Source: Burkholderiales bacterium
GTDB taxonomy: Bacteria > Pseudomonadota > Gammaproteobacteria > Burkholderiales > SG8-39
Length of the DNA stretch: 64,000 nucleotides
Direction: 5' to 3'
Assembly (NCBI GenBank): GCA_035454685.1
Contig: DATIGN010000085.1
Span: 33,125 to 97,124 of the forward strand
The notes under the pieces are model-generated. The model did no database searches. It worked only from the letters and a program-made list of their open reading frames with translations, and was not told the origin of the DNA. Every line of letters begins with the position of its first letter. The stretch's first letter is position 1. This document shows, piece after piece, positions 43,975 through 52,201 of the stretch. The position numbers and the translations under genes are program-made.

Positions 43975-44562
43975 ATGGCCCGGCCGCGCGAATTCGACGC
44001 CGACGACGCCCTCGAGCGCGCAACCCGCGTCTTCTGGAACCGCGGCTTCGAGCACACCTCGCTCGACGACCTTTGCGCCGCCACCGGGCTCGGCCGCTCG
44101 AGCCTCTACGCGGCGTTCGGCGACAAGCGCGCGCTTTACCTCAAGGCGCTAGCGCGCTACGAAGAGCGCTCGGTAGCGCGCATCGCCGAAGCGTTCGAAG
44201 GCAGGCCGCTGCGCGAGGGACTCGAGGCTTTCCTCGCCGGCCTGATCGACGACATAGTGGCCGGCCCCGGCCGCAGCGGCTGCTTCATCGGCAATTGCGC
44301 GGCCGAGCTCGCGCGCCTCGACCGCACCGCGGCGGCGCGGGTGCGCGCGAGCCTCGAGCGCATCGAGGCCGCGTTCCGGCAGGTGCTCGAGAGCCATCGC
44401 GTGCCGCACGCCGATGCGCTTGCGCGCTTCCTGACCGCGGGGATTCAAGGACTGCGCCTGGTCGGCAAGGCCAACCCTGACCGCGCAGCGCTCAAGGACA
44501 TCGCGATGGTCACGCTGCGTTGCCTGGATGCTAAAGGGGGTTTTTCCCATGCTGAAACCTAG
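43975..44562 (+). CDS. TetR/AcrR family transcriptional regulator
   Basis: Track ORF trimmed to ATG 43975. RPREFDADDALERATRVFWNRGFEHTSLDDLCAATGLGRSSLYAAFGDK is the TetR N-terminal HTH. Confidence 0.9.
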   Translation: MARPREFDADDALERATRVFWNRGFEHTSLDDLCAATGLGRSSLYAAFGDKRALYLKALARYEERSVARIAEAFEGRPLREGLEAFLAGLIDDIVAGPGRSGCFIGNCAAELARLDRTAAARVRASLERIEAAFRQVLESHRVPHADALARFLTAGIQGLRLVGKANPDRAALKDIAMVTLRCLDAKGGFSHAET

Positions 44563-45073
44563 AAAGCCCGTCCCCGCGCTCGATTTCGACACCGTCGGTA
44601 GCGGCCGCTGGTCCCTCGCCGCGCAGAAGCCGCAGAACTTCACCATGGTCGTGTTCTACCGCGGATTTCATTGCCCGGTGTGCCGCCGCTACACGAGCGA
44701 GCTGAACGGCATGATCGGCGAGTTTGACCAGCGCGGCGTGTCGACAGTCCTCATCAGCACCGACTCGCGCGAACGCGCCGCGGAGGCGAAGGAGAAGTGG
44801 GGTCTGCCGAACCTCACCGTCGGCTACGGGATCTCGATCGAAAAAGCGCGCGAGTGGGGCCTCTACATCTCCACCAGCCGCGGCGTCACCTCGGCGGGTG
44901 TGGAGGAGCCCCCGCTCTTCGCCGAGCCCGGGCTCTTCCTTGTCAAGCCTGACGGCACCCTTTACTGGGCGAACATCTCCACCATGCCTTTCGCGCGCCC
45001 GCATTTCAACGACATTGCCGGCGCGATCGACTTCGCCTTATCCAAGAATTACCCCGCACGCGGGGAAGCCTAG
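44549..45073 (+). CDS. peroxiredoxin-like / AhpC-TSA family redoxin (CPVC motif)
   Basis: MLKPRKPVPALDF...MVVFYRGFHCPVCRRYTSEL...LISTDS is a thioredoxin-fold peroxiredoxin-like family. The start overlaps the TetR end by 14 nt. Confidence 0.8.
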   Translation: MLKPRKPVPALDFDTVGSGRWSLAAQKPQNFTMVVFYRGFHCPVCRRYTSELNGMIGEFDQRGVSTVLISTDSRERAAEAKEKWGLPNLTVGYGISIEKAREWGLYISTSRGVTSAGVEEPPLFAEPGLFLVKPDGTLYWANISTMPFARPHFNDIAGAIDFALSKNYPARGEA

Positions 45074-45081
45074 GAGACATC

Positions 45082-45522
45082 ATGAGGAACTGGTTTTTCG
45101 CGCTGGTTTTCGCATCTTCCAACGCGCTCGCGGCCGATGGGTTGGCGGCGCTGAAGAGCCCGCACGCGCCCAAGGCGACGATGGACCGTCTCGAGGCGGC
45201 GCTCAAGGAAAAAGGCCTGGCGATTTTCGCGCGCATCGACCACGCAGCGGGCGCCGGAAAGATCGGGAAGCAACTGCGCGCCACCGAGATCCTGATCTTC
45301 GGCAATCCGCAGGGCGGAACCCCGTTCATGGAGTGCGCGCAGACGGTCGGCATCGATCTGCCGCTCAAGGCGCTGGTGTGGCAGGACGAGTCCGGCCAGG
45401 TCTGGCTCGGCTACAACGACCCGGCATACCTCGCCGCGCGTCACGGCGTCGCGCAATGTCCCGCGGCCGCAGGCCTCACGAAGGCCCTGGCCGGTTATGC
45501 GCAGCAGGCGGTCGCGAAATGA
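45082..45522 (+). CDS. DUF302 domain protein (exported)
   Basis: 146 aa. Signal peptide MRNWFFALVFASSNALAA. IFARIDHAAGA...ILIFGNPQGGTPFM...GIDLPLKALVW is typical of DUF302. Confidence 0.75.
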   Translation: MRNWFFALVFASSNALAADGLAALKSPHAPKATMDRLEAALKEKGLAIFARIDHAAGAGKIGKQLRATEILIFGNPQGGTPFMECAQTVGIDLPLKALVWQDESGQVWLGYNDPAYLAARHGVAQCPAAAGLTKALAGYAQQAVAK

Positions 45523-46121
45523 AGCCCTCGCCGCGCATCGAGCCGTTGCCGCCGCAGCACAGCCCGGAGCTCGAGGAGACGTTCGGCCGCTTCAGGCAGG
45601 CGCTTGGCTTCATCCCGAACAGCATGCTCATCCTTCAGCGAAAGCCGAAACTGGTGAAGGCGATGGCGCAGCTCACCGCCGCAGTATGGGAGCCCGACGG
45701 CGAGGTCGACCGCGCGCTCAAGCGCCTGATCGCGCACGTGGCGAGCCGCACCGCCGGCTGCCAGTACTGCATGGCGCATACCGCGGGCGGAGCGCTGCTC
45801 TTCGGGGTCGACCCCGGCAAGGTGGCCGACATCTGGGACTTCCGCGTGAGCCCGCGCTACAGCGAGAAGGAGCGCGTCGCGCTCGATTTCGCCATCGCCG
45901 CGGCGTCGCAGCCGAACGGCGTCACCGAGGAGATGTTCGCCGAGATGCGCAAGCACTGGAGCGAAACCCAGATCGTGGAGATCGCCGCCGTGGTCGCGGT
46001 CTTCGGCTTCCTCAACCGCTGGAACGACACCATGGGCACGCCGCTGGAGGATGAGCCGACCGAGGTCGGCAAGCGATACCTTGCCTCGCACGGCTGGAGC
46101 ACGGGCAAGCACGCACGTTGA
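45519..46121 (+). CDS. carboxymuconolactone decarboxylase (CMD)/AhpD-like family peroxidase-related protein
   Basis: Track ORF 44724-46121 trimmed to ATG 45519 (ATGA overlap). IAHVASRTAGCQYCMAHT has the CxxC of AhpD-like proteins. The C-terminal FGFLNRWNDTMG is typical of this subfamily. Confidence 0.8.
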   Translation: MKPSPRIEPLPPQHSPELEETFGRFRQALGFIPNSMLILQRKPKLVKAMAQLTAAVWEPDGEVDRALKRLIAHVASRTAGCQYCMAHTAGGALLFGVDPGKVADIWDFRVSPRYSEKERVALDFAIAAASQPNGVTEEMFAEMRKHWSETQIVEIAAVVAVFGFLNRWNDTMGTPLEDEPTEVGKRYLASHGWSTGKHAR

Positions 46122-48187
46122 TGGCGCGGCTGTTCTCCAATCGCGAGCGGCCCTACGACATGGGCGTGCTGCCCACGGAGCTCCTCGCGCGCGATCCACA
46201 CCTCGCCATCCTTGGCGCCTCCATGCCCGGGGACGCAGTGCAACCGAGACCGGATTCGATCGTTGCCGCCATTCCCGAATACCTCGACCTGTGCGTGAAG
46301 TTCTTCGACGGCGAGGTTGCGCCGAAGCGCGCCCCGGTGCCCGACGATCCGCTCACCCGGGCGCGCAACCTGAAGGCCTCGGCATACTTCCTTGACGCGA
46401 CGCTCGCCGGCGTCTGTCTAGTGGAAAACGTTCACTGGATAAGCCCAAACCATCCGCCGCACACGCACGCGTTCGTCTTCCTGGTCGAATTCGGACGCGA
46501 GCCGAAGGCGGGCGAGCCCGGCGCCGAGTGGATCCGCGGCACGAACGCCGTCCGCACCGACGTGCGCTGCGCCGAGGTGGCGGTGGTGCTGGCCGGCTAC
46601 CTGCGCACGCTCGGCTGGTCGGCGCGCGGGCACATCGCGGGCGAGACCCTGGTGTCGATCGAGCGGCTTGCGCAACGCGCCGGGGTTGCGAAATCGATCG
46701 ACGGGGTGCTGAAGGCGCCGCTGATCGGGCGCGGCTTTCGTCTCGGCGTGGTCACGACCGACTTCGAGATGGCGAGCGATTCTCCGTTGGCCTCCCTGGA
46801 CTGGCCGAGCGCGAGCGCTTACCTCGGCAAGCCGGGAACCCGGCCCGGCTGGACCGAGGCCGTGGAGGCGAAGCGCCCGGTGCATATGGGCCGCTACGAG
46901 ATGGAGCGCATCAAGCGCGTGGACGAGCCCACCACGCTCATCTTGCGCGACGAGATCAGGCGCATGCCGAAGCGCGCCGACCTCTTCTCGCGCGCGCTCG
47001 CCGGCGACCTCGGTGAGAAGCTCGCAAGAGAGCGCCGCCGCTTTGCGGTCAAGCACCCACTTGCCTTTGCCATGACGCCCCTCATCCGCAACATGGTCCC
47101 AATGCAGGGAACACGGGAAAGCCTCGGGGGGAATGCAAAGCATGCCGACCCCGTCTTCAATTCGAATTCAGTAAAGGCGCTCGGCTATTACATGGGCGCC
47201 GATCTCGTCGGCATCTGCCGCGCCGAGCCGTGGATGTACTACTCGCACGACGACGAGAAGGGGGAGCCGATCGAGCCTTACCACCCGTGGGCAGTGGTGA
47301 TGCTGATCGACCAGGGCTTCGAGACTATGGAAGGCGCCTCAGGCGACGACTGGATCTCGGGGGCGCAGTCGATGCGCGCCTACATGCGCGGCGCGCTCAT
47401 CGCCGGGATCATGGCGGCGCACTTGCGGCGCTTGGGATGGTCGGCGCGGGTGCACTCGAACGCGTACTCCGAGGTGCTGCACATCCCGGCGGTGCTGATG
47501 GCGGGGCTCGGCGAGCTCTCGCGCATCGGCGAGCTCGTGCTTAATCCCTTCATCGGCCCGCGCTCGAAATCGATCGTCTTCACCACCGACATGCCGCTGC
47601 AAGCCGACCAGCCGATCGACTTCGGCCTGCAGGCGGTATGCGCGATGTGCCTGAAGTGCGCGCGCGAGTGCCCGTGCAACGCGATCCCGTTCGGGCCGAA
47701 GGTGATGTTCAACGGCTACGAGATGTGGAAGCCCGACGTCGAGAAGTGCGGCCGCTACCGCCTGTCGAACGACAAGGGCTCGGCGTGCGGGCGCTGCATG
47801 AAGACCTGCCCCTACAATCGCGAGGACCTGGTCGAGTCGGAGCGGCTGCTGTGGCTCTCGATCGAGGTGCCGCAGTCGCGCCGCGCGCTGATCGACTACG
47901 ACGACGCCGCGGGCGGCGGCAGCCGCAACCTGGTCAAGCGCTGGTGGTTCGACCTCGAGATCGTGGGGCGCGAGGTGGTGAAGCCGCGCGGCACCAACGA
48001 GCGCGACCTCGATCTTGGCCGCACCGAGAAGCTCGCCCGCACCCAGAAGCTCGCGTTCTTCCCGCCACCGCTACAGCCGGCGGGGGGAACGACACTGCAA
48101 ACCGCCGTTCCCATCGACCGCGCAGCCGGCCTGGCCGCCTATGCGGCCGCGGAATCGCCGGCCGCTGCCAGAAAGCGCACATCCTAG
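46121..48187 (+). CDS. reductive dehalogenase homologue, cytoplasmic NpRdhA/BhbA-like type with duplicated core domain
   Basis: About 689 aa. No Tat leader. Two ferredoxin-type motifs, CAMCLKCARECP (C508-C518) and C544...CGRCMKTCP (C557-C564). RdhA/QueG-like core VKALGYYMGADLVGICRAEPWMYY...HLRRLGWSARVHSN...AGLGELSRIGELVLNPFIGPRSKSIVFTTDMPL. An N-terminal degenerate copy of the same core (LKASAYFLDATLAGVCLVE...YLRTLGWSARGH...RGFRLGVVTTDFEM). The start overlaps the CMD stop (TGATG). Confidence 0.8.
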   Translation: MARLFSNRERPYDMGVLPTELLARDPHLAILGASMPGDAVQPRPDSIVAAIPEYLDLCVKFFDGEVAPKRAPVPDDPLTRARNLKASAYFLDATLAGVCLVENVHWISPNHPPHTHAFVFLVEFGREPKAGEPGAEWIRGTNAVRTDVRCAEVAVVLAGYLRTLGWSARGHIAGETLVSIERLAQRAGVAKSIDGVLKAPLIGRGFRLGVVTTDFEMASDSPLASLDWPSASAYLGKPGTRPGWTEAVEAKRPVHMGRYEMERIKRVDEPTTLILRDEIRRMPKRADLFSRALAGDLGEKLARERRRFAVKHPLAFAMTPLIRNMVPMQGTRESLGGNAKHADPVFNSNSVKALGYYMGADLVGICRAEPWMYYSHDDEKGEPIEPYHPWAVVMLIDQGFETMEGASGDDWISGAQSMRAYMRGALIAGIMAAHLRRLGWSARVHSNAYSEVLHIPAVLMAGLGELSRIGELVLNPFIGPRSKSIVFTTDMPLQADQPIDFGLQAVCAMCLKCARECPCNAIPFGPKVMFNGYEMWKPDVEKCGRYRLSNDKGSACGRCMKTCPYNREDLVESERLLWLSIEVPQSRRALIDYDDAAGGGSRNLVKRWWFDLEIVGREVVKPRGTNERDLDLGRTEKLARTQKLAFFPPPLQPAGGTTLQTAVPIDRAAGLAAYAAAESPAAARKRTS

Positions 48188-48510
48188 GAGGAGAACGAGC
48201 CGCTCGAGCGCGGCGGCACCAACCAGGGCTTCTCGCCCACCGAGACGCTGATGGCTGCGCTCGTCGGCTGCACGAACGTCATCACGCACAAGGTGGCGCG
48301 CAAGAACGGTGTCGACATCAAATCGATGAATATTCGACTCGAAGCGCAGTTCGACCGCCGCGGCCTGACGCTTCAGGAGGAGATCGAACGGCCGTTCACT
48401 GCGGTAACGCTCACCATCGACCTCCAGACCGACGCCGACGCGGCCGCGGTGGAGCGCGTGAAGCGCGAGCTGGCGATGTTCTGCCCGGTGTCCAAGGTAC
48501 TCCGTAAACG
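48188..48510 (+). pseudogene. OsmC/Ohr family fragment lacking its own start and N-terminal strands
   Basis: EENEPLERGGTNQGFSPTETLMAALVGCTNVITHKVARKNGVDI...VERVKRELAMFCPVSKVL matches the central and C-terminal OsmC core (DEP..GG...P.E.L.AAL..C ... CPVS). About 30 N-terminal residues and a start codon are missing. It begins immediately after, and in frame with, the RdhA TAG. The frame then runs on through antisense DoxX with no proper stop. Confidence 0.5.
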
Positions 48511-48679
48511 GCCAAGGCCTACGAAGACATCCCGCGGGAGGCGGTCGACCGGATGTTCGCGGATCTCGAGAGCGCGGGCTTCGACGACAGAATCAAGCCG
48601 ATGGCCGGGAAGGCGGCGACTAAGATGCCGATGCCGGCGATCCTCGCCAGCCGAAACGGTTCCATATCCATTGGTCGAG

Positions 48680-49081
48680 CTACAGCTTACCGGGACCGTG
48701 GAAGATCGTGACGGCGAGCAGCACGCCCCAGTACCAATGCGAGTTGAGCGCCGCCTGGTTCTCGCCCAGTACGTGCCAGAAGGAGACCACGGCCATGATG
48801 TTGAAAACGAAGAGCGCGGCCGCGGCGAAACGCCCGGCGAGCCCGAGCGCGAGAAAGACGGGGAAGAAGAGCTCCGCGATGGTGCCGAGCCAGGCCGCCG
48901 CCTCGGGCGGCAGGAGCGGCACCCGGTACTCGTTCTCGAACAGGTACAGCGTTCCGTCCCAGTTGCCGATCTTGAGAAGGCCCGAGCGGAAGAAGACCTG
49001 GGCTACGTAGAGCCGGATGGCGAGGTCGAGCGCGTGCGCGCCTGCCTCGAGCCAGCCGAGGACATGAAGTAGGTTTTTCAT
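48680..49081 (-). CDS. DoxX family membrane protein
   Basis: Track ORF 48680-49675 trimmed to ATG 49081 (ATGA overlap with the DUF2063 stop). 133 aa, 4 TM. LRLYVAQVFFRSGLLKI...LGTIAELFFPVFLALGLAGRFAA is typical of DoxX. Confidence 0.8.
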   Translation of the reverse strand: MKNLLHVLGWLEAGAHALDLAIRLYVAQVFFRSGLLKIGNWDGTLYLFENEYRVPLLPPEAAAWLGTIAELFFPVFLALGLAGRFAAAALFVFNIMAVVSFWHVLGENQAALNSHWYWGVLLAVTIFHGPGKL

Positions 49082-49776
49082 CGTGTGATGACTCCTGCGT
49101 CGACCCAGCGGGCGAGGGCGAGCGAGGCGTCGAAGGCGCTGTCTTCGGCGGCCGCGGCCTCGAGCCCTACTTGGAGCGTTTGCCTCCGCCGGATTGCTTC
49201 CAGGAAGCGATAGTCGCCCGGGGCGAGCGCGCGCACCTGCGCCCGCCAGGCCGGCCTGTGCACGAGAATCCGGTCCAGACCGGCGCGCAGGTCGACGTCG
49301 ATCCCGCCCTCGTAATCGTCCTGGTGCACCGTCCAGATACGTCCGAGCGGCCAGCGCGAGACGAACAGTGCGCTGGGCGGCGTGAGCCGAAGGACAGAAG
49401 ATCCGTCCAGCCCGTGCAAGCCGAAAGGCGCGGCGTCCTGCGCGTAATAGGCGCGATGGGCGAGCCACTCCATGCGCGCGACGTCCGGAAGGTAGGGCAG
49501 GTCGAGCGTGTGCCGGAACCCGGCGACGAAATCCGCGAGGCGCTCGCCGTATTCGTTGAGGTCGCCGCTTCTCGAGAGGTGTGCGCGAGCGTACGCGTGC
49601 GCGAGGCCGGCGAAGAACTCCTCGCCGACGATCTTGCGCACGATGGGATACGCGCCGGCGAGCGCCTCTCCCCAATTGCCGAAGACGTTGCCGCGGTATG
49701 CCGCCATTCCCGCCGGCCCACCGCGCGAGAGCAGCGCGGCGGCGAAGTCAGACTGCCACGTGCCGAGCGCTGGCAT
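49078..49776 (-). CDS. DUF2063 domain protein (HvfC/MbnC-like partner of DUF692 enzymes)
   Basis: 232 aa. FAAALLS...[42 protein letters not shown] is the conserved DUF2063 N-terminal domain. Lies directly downstream of a DUF692 gene, as in hvf/mbn-type loci. Confidence 0.8.
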   Translation of the reverse strand: MPALGTWQSDFAAALLSRGGPAGMAAYRGNVFGNWGEALAGAYPIVRKIVGEEFFAGLAHAYARAHLSRSGDLNEYGERLADFVAGFRHTLDLPYLPDVARMEWLAHRAYYAQDAAPFGLHGLDGSSVLRLTPPSALFVSRWPLGRIWTVHQDDYEGGIDVDLRAGLDRILVHRPAWRAQVRALAPGDYRFLEAIRRRQTLQVGLEAAAAEDSAFDASLALARWVDAGVITR

Positions 49777-50338
49777 GGTCGGCTTTCCTCGCTTCCTCGA
49801 GCAGCACCGCGAGCGGCGGGATGTCGGTATCCCACTCGATCAGGGTCGGTATCGGTCCGAAACGCTCGAGCGCGGCTTGGTACAGCTCCCACACCGGCTG
49901 CGCGACGCGCGCGCCGTGGTGGTCGATGAGAAACTCGCCGCGCCGGAAATGCCCGGCGCGGTGAATTTCGCGAACGCAACCGCGCGGCAGCGCCGAGATC
50001 GTCGCGCTGGCGTCGCGCCCGAGGTTGACCTGGTTCACGAAGAGATTGTTCACGTCGAGCAGCACGCCGCAACCGGTGCGCCGGGCGAGCTCCGCGAGGA
50101 ACTCGCCTTCGGCCATCTCGCCGCCTTCGGGCTCGAGATAGGCGGAAACGTTCTCGACTAGGATCGGCCGCCGCAGCGCATCCTGGATGATCTCGACCCG
50201 GCGTGCGACGAGCGCGAGCGCTTCACGGCTGTACGGCAGCGGGAGCAGGTCGTTGAAGACCTGCTCCTCGACCGCGCTCCACGAGACATGCTCGGAGACG
50301 AGCGTTGGCTCGATCCACGCCACGAGGTCGGCCAGCAT
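49748..50338 (-). pseudogene. DUF692 (MbnB/HvfB-like) gene, 5'-truncated
   Basis: The 196-aa ORF begins at [20 protein letters not shown] and continues [10 protein letters not shown]...[10 protein letters not shown]...[14 protein letters not shown]...IHRAGH...[11 protein letters not shown]. This corresponds to roughly the last two thirds of DUF692 proteins. The first approx. 85-90 residues (including the HxENY and LHGVGLS regions) are absent in all three upstream frames. Confidence 0.7.
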
Positions 50339-50798
50339 AAGCCGGCGTCGCTTTCTTGCGGCAGCCGGCGTGGCCGCCGCCGCGGGCGGAATCGGAGCCT
50401 ACGCCTGGCTCGGACGCGACAGCCCCATCGCCCTGGCATGCATCGACTTCGTAATGAAAGAGGAAGCAAAGTCCATCATGATGGGTGCGATGCCGCGCGC
50501 CGAGGCCGAGAAGGCGCTCGCCGGGACGCTCGCGCTTTGGCGCATCGAGGGCGTCGGGCAAGTGCGGCATGTCGGGCCGTGTCCGTTCAACGGCGCCACC
50601 GCCTACCACGTGGTGCTCGCGGTTCCGCAAGGCAAGGTCACGCTGCTCGTCATGCCGGAAGGCGGGGTGAGCGGAACCCAGAAGGCGGACCACGACGGCC
50701 TCTACGCGAGCGCGGTAGCGCTGCGCAAAGGCGGGCTCGGCGTCATCGGGACCGACCGCGGCGTAGTGGACAGCGTCGTGGGCGCGCTTCGCACGTGA
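50339..50798 (+). pseudogene. DUF3379-like (single-pass anti-sigma-like) gene fragment lacking its N-terminal domain and start
   Basis: [25 protein letters not shown] (TM), then VRHVGPCPFNGATAYHVVLAVPQGKVTLLVMPEG...GGLGVIGTD resembles the TM plus periplasmic part of DUF3379 proteins as I remember them. No canonical start occurs near the TM; the only upstream ATG (50187) is antisense within DUF692. An internal ATG at 50454 could give a 114-aa product. Confidence 0.4.
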
Positions 50799-50819
50799 GG
50801 AGAGTCTTGGTGGCGCCCT

Positions 50820-52154
50820 TTATTCGATGACAACGACGTCTACCAGCGCCGCGACTCCCGCGACCTCGCGGCCGGGCAGGACGCGCTCGGCGCGTCCCAG
50901 CGAGTAGCCCTGCGCGAGCGCTGCCTCGCGCGCCGCGACCGTTGTCAGCGCGCGCACGCCCTCGGCCTTGGTGTGGTTTTGGATCTTGGCCGCGCGGTTC
51001 ACCGTGTCGCCAATGACCGCGTATTCGAGCCGGCCTTCCTGGCCGATACAGCCGCAGACCACGGTACCCGCCTCGATGCCAATACCGATGGCTGGCCCGC
51101 CCCAGCGCGACAGGGCATCGAGCAGCTCTTCGGCGCAGCGCAGCGCGTCGGCGGCGTAAGCCGCGCTCGGGCGGGTTGCGCCGAACGTGACCATGATGCC
51201 GTCGCCAAGGTAGGTGGTGATCGAGCCGTTGTGCCGCTGGATGATCGGCACCGCGACCTGCTGATATTCGTGCAGCAGCGCGACCAGTTTCCCCGGCTCG
51301 AGGGTCGCCGCTAGCTTGGTGAAGCCGCGCAGGTCGATGAACATCACCGCCGCTTCGCGGCTCTCGCCTTCGCCCGGGCGCAGCAGCTCGTCGGCCTTGA
51401 TCAGGCGCTCGGCGACGTCGGGCGAGAAGAATCGAGCGAGCTGGGTCGATGCGGCCTGTTCCGCGACTGCGCGCTCGAGAAGTTTTTGCGTGCGCCCGAC
51501 GGCGAGGGCGAGCAGCACGGAGACCAGCAGGATCGAGATGACCTTGTCGACCTCGCCGCCGATGAGGATCTTCGCCGAGGTCATGTAGGCGACATAGTCG
51601 CGGGTGACGAGCCCCATGCCGGCAGGCTCGGCGAGCGCGTACCCGAGCAGAACGCACCAGCCGAGCGCCGCGCATGCGCCCGCGAGCAGCACGTGCCCGG
51701 GCGAGAACGACAGGGCGCGCAGCGCGATAAAGATGAAGAAGTACGTGAAGGTCGGCGCCTTGAGGTAGAATGCCGCCGGCTGGCCGTACTCGAGGTGAAA
51801 GCTCCAGATCGTGACCGTCAGGAGCGCCATGTCGACGATTACGGAAAGCGCCCGCATCCACGCTCCGAGCCGCCCGCTGTACACGAGGTACAGCCGCAAG
51901 ACGGTGAACGCCGCATAGAAAGCAAGCGCCCAGGGGACCGGCCGCATAAGGACGCCGACCGGCGAAGTGCTGGGGGCGAGGAAATAGAGCAAGGCGAACA
52001 CAAAAAGCACCCCCGCCTGCACCCAGCTCGTGAGGAGCTCGCCGCGGTCGCGCTCGGCCTGCAGCGCGCGCAGCACGCGCGCCGGAAGGCGTGCGGGCGC
52101 TTGCCGCGCCGGCGCGGCAGCTTCATCGACAGCGAGATCAATGGCTCGAGTCAC
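50820..52154 (-). CDS. membrane-anchored class III adenylate/guanylate cyclase
   Basis: N-terminal half has about 6 TM helices. C-terminal catalytic domain AAVMFIDLRGFTKLAA...YLGDGIMVTFG...GIEAGTVVCGCIG...YAVIGDTVNRAAK. I prefer GTG 52154 to the track ATG 52313, which would overlap the upstream BON gene by 112 nt. Confidence 0.85.
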   Translation of the reverse strand: MTRAIDLAVDEAAAPARQAPARLPARVLRALQAERDRGELLTSWVQAGVLFVFALLYFLAPSTSPVGVLMRPVPWALAFYAAFTVLRLYLVYSGRLGAWMRALSVIVDMALLTVTIWSFHLEYGQPAAFYLKAPTFTYFFIFIALRALSFSPGHVLLAGACAALGWCVLLGYALAEPAGMGLVTRDYVAYMTSAKILIGGEVDKVISILLVSVLLALAVGRTQKLLERAVAEQAASTQLARFFSPDVAERLIKADELLRPGEGESREAAVMFIDLRGFTKLAATLEPGKLVALLHEYQQVAVPIIQRHNGSITTYLGDGIMVTFGATRPSAAYAADALRCAEELLDALSRWGGPAIGIGIEAGTVVCGCIGQEGRLEYAVIGDTVNRAAKIQNHTKAEGVRALTTVAAREAALAQGYSLGRAERVLPGREVAGVAALVDVVVIE

Positions 52155-52201
52155 GCGTTCGTTTGACGGCCGCGCGATCCCGACCTTACAGCCGGCGAGC
52201 C

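Noticed and set aside
43780-43980. The tRNA-Gly-like gene as an integration site for a genomic island
   Set aside because: No integrase is adjacent, and I could not find a direct repeat of the tRNA 3' half in the window. The flanking genes look like ordinary metabolic genes, so there is no support for an island boundary here.
48519-48671. 50-aa minus-strand ORF (MDMEPFRLARIAGIGILVAAFPAIGLILSS...) 8 nt downstream of DoxX, with one hydrophobic helix
   Set aside because: It shares wobble positions with a plus-strand frame that looks at least as protein-like, so GC3 cannot discriminate between them. Its second half is Ser/Arg-rich junk-like sequence and I recognise no family. It is left uncalled, and could be revisited with ribosome profiling.
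48251-49072. 273-aa plus-strand ORF as an intact OsmC family gene
   Set aside because: Only the first approx. 85 residues are OsmC-like and they lack the N-terminal strands. The remaining approx. 190 residues are antisense to the well-supported DoxX gene. It is treated as a pseudogene fragment instead.
50340-50400. [17 protein letters not shown] read as a twin-arginine (Tat) signal peptide of an intact exported protein
   Set aside because: There is no start codon within reach upstream; the only ATG is 150 nt upstream, antisense inside DUF692. The downstream domain resembles the periplasmic part of single-pass DUF3379-type proteins, so the segment is more likely their TM helix in a truncated gene.
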